The notes under the pieces: model-generated
Told to the model about the DNA's origin: nothing
What the model saw: the letters and a program-made list of their open reading frames with translations, nothing else
The model's database searches: none
IMG/VR virus record: IMGVR_UViG_2924769383_000001
Location: 2,059-66,058 of that record
From: a virus
Taxonomy: Duplodnaviria; Caudoviricetes
DNA: 64,000 nt
Direction: 5' to 3' (one strand)
Shown: positions 37,100 to 48,509 of the stretch, piece after piece
Position numbering within the stretch: the first letter of the stretch is position 1
How the letters are laid out: every line of letters starts with the position of its first letter
Program-made: the position numbers and the translations under genes

Positions 37100-37126
37100 T
37101 TTAGCCTCACATAAGAAGGTTCATTT

Positions 37127-40066
37127 ATGGCCGATAGAACCGACGACCTTCTTATTAGCGTCAGTACTGATCTCACTACCATAAAAAGACAACTTAAGCA
37201 ACTCGGTCAGGATGTAGGTACTGCAACCTCCGGAATCCAGAAGCAGTTCGAAGGTGCGGGGAGGGGCATCGACAAGTCGATGTCTTCGCTACAGGACACC
37301 ATCAATCGCGTGACTGGAATTGCCAGGCAGTCCGGCAAGGAGTGGGCGGGCGCTCTTGCGGCTCCGGCCAAGCAACTTGACGATCTTAGGCGCGCGTATG
37401 TTCCGGCCTATGACGCGGCCAGAACTCTTCAGGAGCAGCAGCAGGAACTTACCCGCGCGCTTAGTATAGGGGCGATTAGCCTCGAGGAGTACTCCGGGCA
37501 CCTAGACAAGCTCGCCATTAGATACGATGCAACTGTTGCAGCAGCGGCCAAGCTTAAGGCTGAGTACTCTTCACTGGCGGAGGCCGAAAGGCTCGCTGCT
37601 AGCTCAAGCGATGGGCAGCGTGATATCAATGCGCTTACGGGCGTTGGCGCCGGAACGGCCAAGAGCGCTAGAGACTCTGCCGCTCTGTTTGCAGCAGAGA
37701 TGGATCGTCTTGATACAATAGCGTCTCAAAAGGCTCGCCAGATTGGCGACACATTTGGGAGCGATCTTGAGCAACGTTTGGTCCCCGGAGTAAAGTCGGC
37801 GGCCCGAGATTCCGCAAGCGTTTTTGAGGCGGAGCTTTCTAAGCTTGATGAAATTGCGCGCCTGAAGTCGGCTCAGGTCGGCTCCAACTTCGCTGCCGAT
37901 CTAAATGCTTCATTCGGGATTGGAGCTAAGTCTGGCAGCGCTGCTGCATCCGCATCCGTTTTTGAAGAATCGGCGCGCGACATGGATGAGATGGCCAGGA
38001 AGGCCACTTATCTTAAGGCGCTTATCAATCCGCTGGCTGCTGCACAGGATAGATACAACGCTGAACTGGCGGAATACTCCGCCCTTGCAAGTCGCGGTGC
38101 ACTAACTACTGACGAGCTAGCGCAGGCGCAGACGATGGCGAAGGCCAAGTTTGACGCGACAACCGCAGCAATGCGGAACCAGGCCAAAACTCTTGGTCAC
38201 GGCGCCGGCAACTTCAACACAGCCAACATAGCGGCGCAGTTTCAGGATATCGGCGTCACCGCAGCTATGGGCATGAACCCTCTGCAGATTGCGCTTCAGC
38301 AGGGCACGCAGCTTTCAGCCGTACTCAGTACGATGGGTGGCACTAAGAACACAATCGCAGGTTTGGGTGCTGCGTTCGCGTCAATAGTTAGCCCGGTATC
38401 ACTGGTTACGATAGGCGTTGTCGGTCTAACTGCTGCTGCCATCGAATATTTCACGACCTTCGAGTCCGGCTCCAGTAAAAGCGAGGAGACACTAAAAACT
38501 GAAGCAGACCTCATTCAGAAGGTCGCGAGTCAGTGGGGGGTAGCTCTACCGGCCCTCAAAGCATATGCCGACGAGCAGGCCGGGCTAGCCGATCAGCAAG
38601 ACAAACTAAACGCCCTAGTCGCAGCCCGCGAGAACTCTGGCGCCCCCTTGCTGGAAGGCTTCACTGATGCCACAGCTGAGGTTGCCGACCTTCAGGACAA
38701 GCTAAACACACTTGGCGAAAATAGCGCGGCACAGCAATTGCGCGACAAGTTCGAGGAGTTGAAAAAAGAGGTCGGCGAAGGCACGGTAACACAACAGAGC
38801 TTCAATGACGTCATTGAACTAGCTAAGGCAACTTTTGCCGACGCGAAAATAAATGGCGACGGCTTCATAGCCATGCTCTCCAATCTAGCGGGCCGGGCGT
38901 CGGCGCTGATCCCCACCATGGCTTCGCTTGCAGGCGAGGTTGATAAAGTTTTCGGTGGCAGCGGTTCTCCTAATGGCAGGTCGGTACGCGGCAAAAAGAA
39001 TGGGTACGACCCAAGATTTGGTGAATTGCCGGACACGGCACCTACGCCAGACAAGGCTCCTAATCGTGAAGATCAGGGCGCTTATGAAGACAAAATTGCC
39101 GCACGCGCAGCCAAAGCCGCCAGCAAGGCGCCAGCCAAAACCGCTGATGATCGCTTCTTTGAAGACATTGAGGCGATCCGTCAGCGCACAGCAGCGCTCG
39201 CGCAAGAGCAGGCAATCATGGGCCTGTCCTTTGAGCAGCAGCAAAAGCGAAAAATCGCCTTTGATCTAGAAACTACGGCCCTAAAGCAGGTCCGCGAGGA
39301 GGCTCGTAAAAAAGGCGAGGCCGACTGGCAAAACGCGCAGTTGACGCCCGATCAAATTGCCAAGATCAACGCCGTTTCAGACGCCTACGCAAAGCAGGCC
39401 GACGAACTGCGCAAGGCGCAGGACATGCAAGACCTTCAGCGGGATGTGCTGAAGGGAACGTTTGACGACCTGCGTTCCGCCTTGGATGATGGCAAACTTG
39501 ATTGGCAGGATTTCGCCAAGATCGCCGAAGGCGCCTTGGACAAGATCATCGACAAGATCGAAAACGATCTCATCGACTCCATCATGCAGGCTAACGGCGC
39601 TGCCGGTGGTGGCGGTGGCATTCTGGGCGGCATCTTGGGACTGTTTGGTGGTGGATCGAGCAACGTCTTCCCTGGCGGCGGCGTACTCAACAGCACTGGC
39701 GGCCTCTACGCTGACGGCGGCTTTACCGGAGCGGGCGGTAAGAACCAGCCCGCAGGCATCGTTCACAAGGGCGAGTACGTCTTTGACCAGGACGCAGTGA
39801 AGCGCATTGGTGTCGGCAACTTGGCCATGCTTCAGCGCGGTTACGCCAATGGTGGGCTGGTTGGTGCTCCGAGCTTGCCGCGCATTCAGGCGCCGGCAAA
39901 TCAGAATGGTGCGCCAAACATCACCTTTGCGCCAACCATCAACATGCCAAACGCTCAGAAGGGCGCGGGGGAAGAGGTGACGCAGGCGCTGAAGAAGTTT
40001 GAGCGGGAGTTCACACCTCGCGTCTTGAAGTCCTTGCGGGACGCCAGAACGACAGGAATGATCTAA
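37127..40066 (+). CDS. Tape measure protein
   Basis: 979 aa helical; AQFQDIGVTAAMGMNPLQIALQQGTQL; YADGGFTG..VHKGEYV tail. Confidence 0.95.
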   Translation: MADRTDDLLISVSTDLTTIKRQLKQLGQDVGTATSGIQKQFEGAGRGIDKSMSSLQDTINRVTGIARQSGKEWAGALAAPAKQLDDLRRAYVPAYDAARTLQEQQQELTRALSIGAISLEEYSGHLDKLAIRYDATVAAAAKLKAEYSSLAEAERLAASSSDGQRDINALTGVGAGTAKSARDSAALFAAEMDRLDTIASQKARQIGDTFGSDLEQRLVPGVKSAARDSASVFEAELSKLDEIARLKSAQVGSNFAADLNASFGIGAKSGSAAASASVFEESARDMDEMARKATYLKALINPLAAAQDRYNAELAEYSALASRGALTTDELAQAQTMAKAKFDATTAAMRNQAKTLGHGAGNFNTANIAAQFQDIGVTAAMGMNPLQIALQQGTQLSAVLSTMGGTKNTIAGLGAAFASIVSPVSLVTIGVVGLTAAAIEYFTTFESGSSKSEETLKTEADLIQKVASQWGVALPALKAYADEQAGLADQQDKLNALVAARENSGAPLLEGFTDATAEVADLQDKLNTLGENSAAQQLRDKFEELKKEVGEGTVTQQSFNDVIELAKATFADAKINGDGFIAMLSNLAGRASALIPTMASLAGEVDKVFGGSGSPNGRSVRGKKNGYDPRFGELPDTAPTPDKAPNREDQGAYEDKIAARAAKAASKAPAKTADDRFFEDIEAIRQRTAALAQEQAIMGLSFEQQQKRKIAFDLETTALKQVREEARKKGEADWQNAQLTPDQIAKINAVSDAYAKQADELRKAQDMQDLQRDVLKGTFDDLRSALDDGKLDWQDFAKIAEGALDKIIDKIENDLIDSIMQANGAAGGGGGILGGILGLFGGGSSNVFPGGGVLNSTGGLYADGGFTGAGGKNQPAGIVHKGEYVFDQDAVKRIGVGNLAMLQRGYANGGLVGAPSLPRIQAPANQNGAPNITFAPTINMPNAQKGAGEEVTQALKKFEREFTPRVLKSLRDARTTGMI

Positions 40067-40674
40067 TGGCAATAGCACTCCCCGCCGTTCCGTTTCAGGT
40101 CAGCTATCCGCAGCTTGTGGAGTCTGTATCGGTAAGCCGGTCAGGCACACGCGCTATGGCCTTTGTCGAGTACGCCGACGCGTACTGGACCGTCCAGATG
40201 AAGACCGTGCCCCTGTCGGCGGCGCAGCGGCTACTGGTGGAGGCGTTCAAGGACGCCTCCCGCGGCGGCCTTACGACTGTCACGTACACACCTAAGCATA
40301 TGTGCATCCCGCGCGCGTATTGGGGCGACGCAGACAACGCCGCGCTGGCCAACACCGGCAACCTGGTTTCAATCACCGGCAATGGCCTGGTGATCAATAG
40401 CGTCAACAACGGACTTACGCTTTCGGCGGGCGATCTTATCAGTCTGACGACGGGCGGCTATAACTCGCTGTTCCGGGTCCAAACTGGCGCGGTTGCGGCG
40501 AGCAACTCCGTGACCATCACGGTTGAGCCTACGGTGCCGTCGTACATCACGGCCGGCGCAGTTGTGACGTTTAAGAATCCCGTTGCCAACATGCGCGTTA
40601 TGCCCGGTTCGTTCTCTATACCGGACGACTTCCTTCCTGTCGCGACGTTCACATTGGTTGAGATTCCCAAGTAG
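40066..40674 (+). CDS. Distal tail protein
   Basis: Directly after TMP; beta-rich. Confidence 0.7.
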   Translation: MAIALPAVPFQVSYPQLVESVSVSRSGTRAMAFVEYADAYWTVQMKTVPLSAAQRLLVEAFKDASRGGLTTVTYTPKHMCIPRAYWGDADNAALANTGNLVSITGNGLVINSVNNGLTLSAGDLISLTTGGYNSLFRVQTGAVAASNSVTITVEPTVPSYITAGAVVTFKNPVANMRVMPGSFSIPDDFLPVATFTLVEIPK

Positions 40675-40683
40675 GAAGCCAGC

Positions 40684-41250
40684 ATGACCTTTCCAACGCG
40701 CCTGCAAGACGTCCTTACCGAAGGGCGGGCAGTTATCCGTTCCGGTATCAAGATCGTCTGCACGACGGGCACATATGGCTTCTGGAACGGCAAGGGTGAC
40801 ATCACGGTCGATGGTCAGTTGTACTGGCCAAACACGCTCATCGAAGTATCTGAGCCGGTCTACGGCTTGGGTACCGCTGCGTCGACATTCACCATGAGCC
40901 TTGTCGCCAAACGCGACTCTGGCCTGACGCCCGACAAGCTACTGCTTATCGAAAACGAAGGCTACAAGGACGCACCTGTCACGGTATTCGATTTCTATTT
41001 CGATCCGGATGACCGTTCGTTCTTGCACGCCGAACCTGGCGCTTACGGCTTTATAGACACCATCGACCATTCGCGAGATGGCGGTGAGAAGAAGCTTGTC
41101 GCCAATGTGCGCTCTGGTGCCATCGCTAACCACCGCGATGGCTATCGCACGGCAAGCGATGCTGACCAGCAACTGGTTTCACCTGGCGACAAGTTCTTTC
41201 AGTACGCCAGCAAGGTGAAGCACGAGAGCTTTGACATCACGTTCGACTAG
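40684..41250 (+). CDS. Tail tip/hub-associated protein
   Basis: Position; ASDADQQLVSPGDKFFQY motif. Confidence 0.7.
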   Translation: MTFPTRLQDVLTEGRAVIRSGIKIVCTTGTYGFWNGKGDITVDGQLYWPNTLIEVSEPVYGLGTAASTFTMSLVAKRDSGLTPDKLLLIENEGYKDAPVTVFDFYFDPDDRSFLHAEPGAYGFIDTIDHSRDGGEKKLVANVRSGAIANHRDGYRTASDADQQLVSPGDKFFQYASKVKHESFDITFD

Positions 41251-41274
41251 CCGCCCGCCTTATCAAGGATTCCT

Positions 41275-41697
41275 ATGCTTACCCTAACCCGGTTGCCAGA
41301 CTGGGACCGGCGCCTTGCGCGCTTGGTCTCCAGCATCACCGACGCGCCTGGCGTGTGGGGCGAATCCGACTGCCTGCTTACGGCTGCGGCCGGCATTGAA
41401 GCCATTACTGGCGAAGACATAATGGCTCCGTGGCGCGGTCGATACACAACCGAAGTCGGCGCCGCGCGCCTTATGCGCAAAGAGGGCTGCGAGAACGTCG
41501 AAGACGTACTCGGCAAGTTCTTTGGCTTGCCTACGATTGGCAGACTCCTGGCGCGCCGCGGTGACGTAGCCGTTGTCGAACAGGGCGGCGTCCTTTGCGC
41601 AGGCTTTGTCTGCGACCGCGGCTTCCTCGCCCGCACCGAGACCGGTCGCACCTTCCTTCCACAGACAGCAATAAAGACCGCCTTTCGAGTCGGCTAA
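41275..41697 (+). CDS. NlpC/P60-like tail tip assembly protein (DUF6950-like)
   Basis: WGESDCLL, ARRGDVAV. Confidence 0.8.
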   Translation: MLTLTRLPDWDRRLARLVSSITDAPGVWGESDCLLTAAAGIEAITGEDIMAPWRGRYTTEVGAARLMRKEGCENVEDVLGKFFGLPTIGRLLARRGDVAVVEQGGVLCAGFVCDRGFLARTETGRTFLPQTAIKTAFRVG

Positions 41698-41713
41698 ACG
41701 GGTGGGCTAGCTT

Positions 41714-44416
41714 ATGGGTTTTCTTGTCCCGGTCTTTGCCGCCATTGGTTCGGTAATTACGGGCGCTGTCAGCTTGCTGGGCGGATCCACTATCCTGGCA
41801 GGCTTGGCCCGCTTTGGCTTGGGTCTCGCCGCCAAGTACGCGCTCGGTGCACTGCTTGCACCCAAGCAGCAAGCGCAGGCTTCTCAGCTTGACACTACCT
41901 ACGGCGAAGATCTTGCGCGTACCGTTGCCATGGGCAAGGTCGGGACTGCCGGGCAACTGGTTTACCGCAACGCTTATGGCTCCGGAAACCGTAGGGTTCA
42001 GGACGTCCGCATCCTGTCTCACTTCAGGATCACGGGCATAACGCGCGTTCGCGTCGACGGCGAATGGAAGACTCTCGGCGGGACTGAGAATCCAGAATTG
42101 GGCTTCCGCGTTCAGGGTACAGACGCCGAAATCTGGGTCAAACTCTACATCGGACGGCTCGACCAGGTTGCCGATCCAAATCTCATAGAGGAAAGCAACC
42201 CGCCAGGCCGTTGGACTGCGGACCACCGCGGCGCCGGCATCGCTTATGCCGTCATCACGAGCATGCTCGATCGTGAGCACCTGACGCAGCCGTGGGACGC
42301 GTTCTTCGAAATCGAGGGCGCCCCACTATACGATTGGCGGCTTGACGACACGGCTGGTGGCGACGGCGATCAGCGCTGGAGCGATCAGGACACTTGGGCG
42401 TTCTCAGAGAACCCCATTCTGATGGCCTACGCGCTCGAGCGCGGGTTCTTCAACGGCACAGAGATGATGGTCGGCAAGGGTGCGAATCCCTCTCGCCTTC
42501 CACTCGCACTTTGGACGCTCGCTGCGAACATCTGTGATGAGGTGGTCGGCAGCGGTGCAAGGTACTCGGCGGCGGTTATTGCTGCGGCCGGTTCTTCCAT
42601 CACTCACGACCAGAACTTACAGCCTCTCCTTGAAGCAAGCGCGGCAACGTGGGTCGAAGACGCTAACGGCGAGTACCCCATAGCAGGAGCCGCGCAATCT
42701 ATCGCGATGACGTTCACCGATGACGACATCATGGTGGATGAGCCTTTCAGGTTTTCTGTCTTCCGCACCAAGTCCGAACTGATCAATACGTTGTCCGGTA
42801 CCTATCTCGAGCCGGACAATTTTTATGAACAGACGCCAATGACCATCCGCATCGACGCGGCGGCTCTGGCGGAGGATGGTGAACGGCTGGCGGTGTCCGT
42901 GCCCTATGCCGCAGTAAATCGCTCTGATGTGGCCGACAGGCTGGCGGACATTGCTTTCAAGGCGAGTCGTTACCAGGGCAATGCCGAGATTACGATTCAC
43001 CCCAAATATCTGGCCGACGCGAGTGCGGGTCGGTGGATTGATTGGGACTCCGCAGAATACGGCACACGCACGTTCCAGATCCTGGAAAAACGCCTTGGTC
43101 CGTTGGGTGACAAGGGAGCGCGCAACATCACGCTGACTTTGCAGCAGGTGAGTGACGCAATCTTTGATCCTTCAGCCTATGTGACCGTTCCCACCATCAC
43201 GGATCCACCTGGCGCACCAAATTATGCATCTTCTGCCGCAAACTTCAGTGCTGTTGGCGTGCAGATCAAAGTTGCAGGATCGCCAGACCGCAAGTCAGCT
43301 ATCCGCTTCGCATGGGATGCATTTGACGATGTGACAGTTACCGCGGTGGATGTGGAATACCGTCCCGAGGCTGTTGGCGTGACCATATCCATCGCCGACC
43401 CGGCCGTAATCACATGGCCTAGCCATGGCTTGGCTGCCGGCGACTTGTTTTATCTGGCCACAACGGGTGCGCTTCCTACTGGCCTGACCGCCAATAGTCC
43501 ACTCTACGTCAAGACGGTGTTGACGTCCGGAACCTTCACTGCATCGTTGACGCCAGGCGGCGATGCAATAGCCACAAGCGGCACGCAGTCCGGCATACAG
43601 AGCGGCTATGTCGATAGCATCATAAAGCGGGCGGAGATGCCCGTGCAGGTACTTACGGTCTCTGAGGCTGTGCTACCCAGCAAGACCTACGAATATCGGC
43701 ACAGGATCATTACAAGTCCAGTGCGAACCACGTTCTTTACGGCATGGGGTAGCGTATCAACGCCAGCCGATGTGTTCGATGTGTCGGTCGATTTGGCGCA
43801 GACGCAACAGGACATCAGGGATTTCCTGACGTCACTTTCGCTTGGTTTGCAGGACGCTCGCGACAAGCTTGCGCAACTAGCTGCGGCTGCCACTGAAAAC
43901 GCAGGCAGGCAAGTACAAGACAACGCCGTTGCGGTTCGCACAGCGCGCGCCAATGCGGCTGCATTCACTGAACTTGACGCCAATATTGTTGAACTCGATG
44001 GGCAGATAACGGCAATTGGCAGCGCCGTTACCGCAGTCGAAGCTTCCGTTGACAACGTGTCTGCTGACGGCCTGTTTCAACTCCGCGCAGAGGCAGGGAC
44101 GGGCGATGTTGTGTCTCGTATGGTTGCCGAAGTCAGAGCAAGCGTTAATGACGTTTGGGTTTCTGCTGGGTGGGTTATTGAGGCCGGCTTTACTGGCGGA
44201 AACCCCGCAGCCCCATTCTCCAACTTCATCGTTATCGCCGACAGGTTTGTCGTAACGGACGGTACCAACAGCGGTACGCCGCTGACGTTTGAGAGCGGTG
44301 TGTTGAAGTTGTTGGTGGCGAACATCGGCACGGTTACGGCGGGGCTTCTGCAAAGCCCAGACGGCTCTGTGAAGCTCGATCTAAATAACGGCTTCTTCTC
44401 GATCTCTGTACCTTAA
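41714..44416 (+). CDS. Central tail tip / host-specificity protein J-like
   Basis: N-terminal hydrophobic stretch, GIAYAV, ENPILMAY; FCCH-like insert (SHGLAAGD..TTGALPTGL); DUF1983-like end (ADRFVV). Confidence 0.9.
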   Translation: MGFLVPVFAAIGSVITGAVSLLGGSTILAGLARFGLGLAAKYALGALLAPKQQAQASQLDTTYGEDLARTVAMGKVGTAGQLVYRNAYGSGNRRVQDVRILSHFRITGITRVRVDGEWKTLGGTENPELGFRVQGTDAEIWVKLYIGRLDQVADPNLIEESNPPGRWTADHRGAGIAYAVITSMLDREHLTQPWDAFFEIEGAPLYDWRLDDTAGGDGDQRWSDQDTWAFSENPILMAYALERGFFNGTEMMVGKGANPSRLPLALWTLAANICDEVVGSGARYSAAVIAAAGSSITHDQNLQPLLEASAATWVEDANGEYPIAGAAQSIAMTFTDDDIMVDEPFRFSVFRTKSELINTLSGTYLEPDNFYEQTPMTIRIDAAALAEDGERLAVSVPYAAVNRSDVADRLADIAFKASRYQGNAEITIHPKYLADASAGRWIDWDSAEYGTRTFQILEKRLGPLGDKGARNITLTLQQVSDAIFDPSAYVTVPTITDPPGAPNYASSAANFSAVGVQIKVAGSPDRKSAIRFAWDAFDDVTVTAVDVEYRPEAVGVTISIADPAVITWPSHGLAAGDLFYLATTGALPTGLTANSPLYVKTVLTSGTFTASLTPGGDAIATSGTQSGIQSGYVDSIIKRAEMPVQVLTVSEAVLPSKTYEYRHRIITSPVRTTFFTAWGSVSTPADVFDVSVDLAQTQQDIRDFLTSLSLGLQDARDKLAQLAAAATENAGRQVQDNAVAVRTARANAAAFTELDANIVELDGQITAIGSAVTAVEASVDNVSADGLFQLRAEAGTGDVVSRMVAEVRASVNDVWVSAGWVIEAGFTGGNPAAPFSNFIVIADRFVVTDGTNSGTPLTFESGVLKLLVANIGTVTAGLLQSPDGSVKLDLNNGFFSISVP

Positions 44417-44432
44417 AATCAGTGGGTGGCGA

Positions 44433-46028
44433 ATGCCGAATCTGGCAATTGGCGAACGGTCTGGTGTGCCGTTCGCCAAAATCATGAAAAGCAACAGCGA
44501 CGACCCGCTGACGACGCCCAACACCAACACCGGAAAGTTTTATTTCAATTCTGAGTACCAGAAGGTAGGATACATTAAGGACATCTTCGCCGTCGAAATC
44601 GATGATGCGACATACCCATCGTCCGGCGGAACTGCCCTTTCCCCGAATAAATACTATTACCCTTCAGGTTCAAACCAAAATAACTGCCAAATAAGGATTG
44701 AGAGCTTTAGGGGTGGTGCTGGTGGACCGTGTCAAAACTGGTACTTCTTCTACGAGTATTTTAATTCGGCCTATGGGTTCACCTTCTTTCCACTTGTTGA
44801 GTATCGTCCAACAATCAATTTTAGCACTAATCAGTTCCGAGGGCCGTATATCGACATATCGGGCAACAGCAACAGCAACGGGCAGATTTTTTCGCTCACA
44901 GGCTCCACCAGCAAAACCAATATCATTCTCAGTTCGGGTTCCTCTGGACCTGCCGCGCGAAACAGGCCGGCTGTGTCCGCATTTGTCAGTGATCCCGTTG
45001 GAAACCCAGCTGTGCGCCGCTGCCTAATGACTGTCTTTGATCTGCCAATGCACTCTGAGGCGATCCCGAACAACTCGGCAACTCCGGCATCGGGTCAGGA
45101 AGTCGTGCGTATCGATAAGGTGTCGCCAGGAATTGCTCGCGTGGCGCTGCCTGGGCGCACAGTTACAGATACAGACCCAAACCACTATATTTTGCACGAA
45201 GGAAGAATACCGGCGAAGGTAATGGCCTCGGGTGTGGTCACAGTCGCGGCGGGCGCAACGGTGAATATCACCACGCGCCTGCCTATGACAGCGCTAACGT
45301 ACATGGACTACATCTGCAAAAAGACTACGGAACCGACCTTCTGGAATCCGCCATTTATTAACAGTTTCACGTCAAATGCCAACAGCTTCACTTACACGGT
45401 GTCAGGAACTACGCTGGCAATTACCAGCACGTGCGGATTCTCCATCGACATCATCTACGCTGTTTACGCCGATTCAGGTGAGGCGCCAACAACGGGCGGC
45501 AAGAAGATACTGCTGAAGGGCAACGACGGAACTGGCGACTACGTTCAGGTCAAACGGCCAGGTTCATCCGATCTAGGGCCGAACCTTAATGATATCATGA
45601 TGGATACGCGACTGACGTATCTGCCGATCTTGGCGGAAGGCTTTCTAAACTGGACGGGCGATTTCCCAACTGTGCTTTCCGGGTCCGATCTCTTTAAGGG
45701 CGTTCGGTCTGCCAATATCACTGTGCCAAATCCAGACGGATTGATGCTCTTCCCAAAGGTGGGGGCGGTTTACAACCCGCCGCCAAGCGGTGGTGACTTC
45801 GACGAGCCTTCGGCGGTGTGGGGAGAACACGCAGTCTTCGTGAACAATACAACGTGGGCTGGGCAGACCGCGGGGTACTCGATCTGGTCAAACATTCTTT
45901 CAAGCACCAGCATCGACCTCTACGCGGCCAATAACAACCCTTGGACCATCCAGCCCGCTGCGGCCTTCTATAACGCCCAGCTCAAGGGCCTTCGCTACTA
46001 CATTTTCGGCATACCGCAGAGCTTATAG
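44433..46028 (+). CDS. Tail fibre / receptor-binding protein
   Basis: 531-aa beta-rich, Ser/Thr/Asn/aromatic-rich ORF after J; lower GC. Confidence 0.65.
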   Translation: MPNLAIGERSGVPFAKIMKSNSDDPLTTPNTNTGKFYFNSEYQKVGYIKDIFAVEIDDATYPSSGGTALSPNKYYYPSGSNQNNCQIRIESFRGGAGGPCQNWYFFYEYFNSAYGFTFFPLVEYRPTINFSTNQFRGPYIDISGNSNSNGQIFSLTGSTSKTNIILSSGSSGPAARNRPAVSAFVSDPVGNPAVRRCLMTVFDLPMHSEAIPNNSATPASGQEVVRIDKVSPGIARVALPGRTVTDTDPNHYILHEGRIPAKVMASGVVTVAAGATVNITTRLPMTALTYMDYICKKTTEPTFWNPPFINSFTSNANSFTYTVSGTTLAITSTCGFSIDIIYAVYADSGEAPTTGGKKILLKGNDGTGDYVQVKRPGSSDLGPNLNDIMMDTRLTYLPILAEGFLNWTGDFPTVLSGSDLFKGVRSANITVPNPDGLMLFPKVGAVYNPPPSGGDFDEPSAVWGEHAVFVNNTTWAGQTAGYSIWSNILSSTSIDLYAANNNPWTIQPAAAFYNAQLKGLRYYIFGIPQSL

Positions 46029-46049
46029 CACACCGTAAGGAATCCTACA

Positions 46050-48509
46050 TTGTCAACTTACAGAACCGGCACGGTTTCCGTGACGAATGGCAGCGCTGTG
46101 ATTGCGGGCAGCGGTACGGCGTGGGCTGTCGCGCTTGTTGCGGGAGGCATGTTCTCGAGCGCAGGCATTGCTGTTCCTATAGCGTCCGTCGATAGCGATA
46201 CGCAGATTACACTGGACTATGAGTGGCCAGGTATTACGGCTAGCGGCGCGACTTACAGCATTGCGCTGGAGAATGCAGCCGCAGCTAGTGTTGTCGATCT
46301 AAATACCACCCTTAGCCGAGTGCTTGTCACGCTGTCGCTGGCAGGCATCCATCCGGATGCCTCAGGTACTATTGCGGAGCGCGACGCCATTTCGCTTGGC
46401 GTGGGCGATAAGGGCTTCCTGTTCCTTCATGCCGAGATCGGCGTTGGCTTTGCGTTCTATCGCTGGACGGGTACGGCTTGGGAGGGGCCGTTTGCTGTTC
46501 AGGGTGCGACTGGTCCGCATGGCGATCCAGGCATTATCGGTACATGGCTTGGACCATGGGCCACGGCCACCGCATACGTTGTGAATGACGTCGTTAGCGA
46601 GGATGGCTCTAGCTATATTTGCGTAACGGCGCACACGTCCGGCACGTTCGCCGCCGACCTTGCTGCCGGGAAGTGGGAGATTGTCGCACAGAAGGGCGAT
46701 GTCGGCGCTCCTGGCGGTGTCACGAGTATCGCTGGCCTAACTGGAACCGTGACGGCCGCTGACGCCAGGGACGCACTCGACACTCCGGCCTATGTGGCCG
46801 ATCGCGCCGCCTTGAAAGCGCTCACTGTCGCCAAGGACACACTGGTGTTTTTGAAGGAGGCCAGCCGCGAAGGCTGGTTCCGCTTCAGTTCCAGCAATCT
46901 GTCTAGCCTAGTTTCAGCAGACACCCGGGAGGGCCTTTACATCGCCCCGGCCAGCGACGCGACCGGCGCTTCCGGCGCGTGGATTCGTCAGCGCGATAAC
47001 CTCGATGTGCAGGCAAAATGGTTTGGCCAGACCGGCGACGCTATTGTCGTCACCGGCAACACGTCGATCACGTCAGGTACTGCGGCTCTGACGGTGGCGG
47101 GCGCAGCTTTCGCCACGTCAGACGTCGGCAAGCTTATCATTGTCCCCGGCGCCGGTGCCGCGGGCATCCCTCTTGTAACAACGATCTCAGCACGGACCAG
47201 TGCGACGCAAGTCACTTTGGGTGCCAACGCCGGAACCACTCTTTCGGCTGTATCCAAAACGGTCACTTATGGCACCGACGATGCAACAGCGATCAACAAA
47301 GCCATTCTGGCCCTCCCCACGACCGGTGCCACCTGCTGGCTCAGTGGACAATCAGCCATTGGCTCGGCAATTCAGGTGGGCAACGGTTCCGCTGCCGGGT
47401 CTTCGACGCGGTGGGGAATTCGCCTGACCGGCGTCAGCGTCGGCGGCGGAGGCAACGCCGGCAACGGTCTCCACTGGCTTGGTGCTTATAACACAAGCGT
47501 TATCGTCTCGGTGAACGGCCCGATGAACGGATGGGAGGTCAGCAGCCTTTTCATCGATGGCAAAGACAGCGTTCAGTACGGCTTTCTTGCGCAGAGCGCC
47601 GGGCAGGGCCGGACCGATTTCCTCTACATCCAGAACTGCCGTGTCGCGCATTACGCCACCATCTGCTACGCCACCGGTACTGCCCGCAATTGCGAAATGA
47701 TCCAGGGCAATAACATCACCATCGCCATGGGATCGGCATCTGGCGCAATCGGCATCCTATTCGATGGTAGAACTGATGGCGCGGCCTCAAGTTGTTTCAT
47801 CACGCTGACGACCATTAGAATCTATCCACAATCTGTCGCCGTTGCAAAGCCAATCATTTTCAAGGTCGCCGACACTTGTACCGTCAACGATTTGCTGATC
47901 TTCCACGCAGCGCCTGCCAATGCCAGCACTGTTAACGTTACTTACGACTACAGCGGCAATTCGGTATTCCCTTGCGGCAACATATTGAACGGGGTGGATG
48001 CCGGCTGGAATACTCCGGTAGCCCAACAGTTTGCTAACAACGGAGTTTCGACAGGGGCTTCATCGGCGAACCTCATCAATAATCTGACGGAGTTGAACGG
48101 GTGCAGGTACCCGACCAAGCTCGCTAACGTCACTCTTGATCTGCCACGCAAATATTCAGAAGACGTTGCGCTGACCGGTCAGACTGCCGCAATCGGATTT
48201 ACCACCCTACACACTCCGCAATACGCATCCCGGTACAGGGTGAACTATCTCCTGGCTGTTACCGCCGTAGGCACGGCAGGGACGGTCGATCTGCGCATTC
48301 GGTGGAAGGATCCGAACAACGTGGATAGGACTCAGGTCGTTGGCACAGTAACGTTAACTAACGCAGTTGGCGGGAACCAAATATCTGGTTCCATCTCGGT
48401 GACGACATACCTCCTGGCGGGCACTTATATTGCTTACCAGACCATCCATACGGGTGTCACCGGGAGTCCACAATACTCTCTGGATCTCAGCGTAGAGAGG
48501 CTGAATTAA
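46050..48509 (+). CDS. Tailspike with carbohydrate-binding module and beta-helix depolymerase-like domain
   Basis: YRTGTVSVTNGS anchor; WATATAYVVNDVV..DGSSYIC..AH (CBM5/12-like); TDDATAINKAI (pectate-lyase-like start). Confidence 0.8.
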   Translation: MSTYRTGTVSVTNGSAVIAGSGTAWAVALVAGGMFSSAGIAVPIASVDSDTQITLDYEWPGITASGATYSIALENAAAASVVDLNTTLSRVLVTLSLAGIHPDASGTIAERDAISLGVGDKGFLFLHAEIGVGFAFYRWTGTAWEGPFAVQGATGPHGDPGIIGTWLGPWATATAYVVNDVVSEDGSSYICVTAHTSGTFAADLAAGKWEIVAQKGDVGAPGGVTSIAGLTGTVTAADARDALDTPAYVADRAALKALTVAKDTLVFLKEASREGWFRFSSSNLSSLVSADTREGLYIAPASDATGASGAWIRQRDNLDVQAKWFGQTGDAIVVTGNTSITSGTAALTVAGAAFATSDVGKLIIVPGAGAAGIPLVTTISARTSATQVTLGANAGTTLSAVSKTVTYGTDDATAINKAILALPTTGATCWLSGQSAIGSAIQVGNGSAAGSSTRWGIRLTGVSVGGGGNAGNGLHWLGAYNTSVIVSVNGPMNGWEVSSLFIDGKDSVQYGFLAQSAGQGRTDFLYIQNCRVAHYATICYATGTARNCEMIQGNNITIAMGSASGAIGILFDGRTDGAASSCFITLTTIRIYPQSVAVAKPIIFKVADTCTVNDLLIFHAAPANASTVNVTYDYSGNSVFPCGNILNGVDAGWNTPVAQQFANNGVSTGASSANLINNLTELNGCRYPTKLANVTLDLPRKYSEDVALTGQTAAIGFTTLHTPQYASRYRVNYLLAVTAVGTAGTVDLRIRWKDPNNVDRTQVVGTVTLTNAVGGNQISGSISVTTYLLAGTYIAYQTIHTGVTGSPQYSLDLSVERLN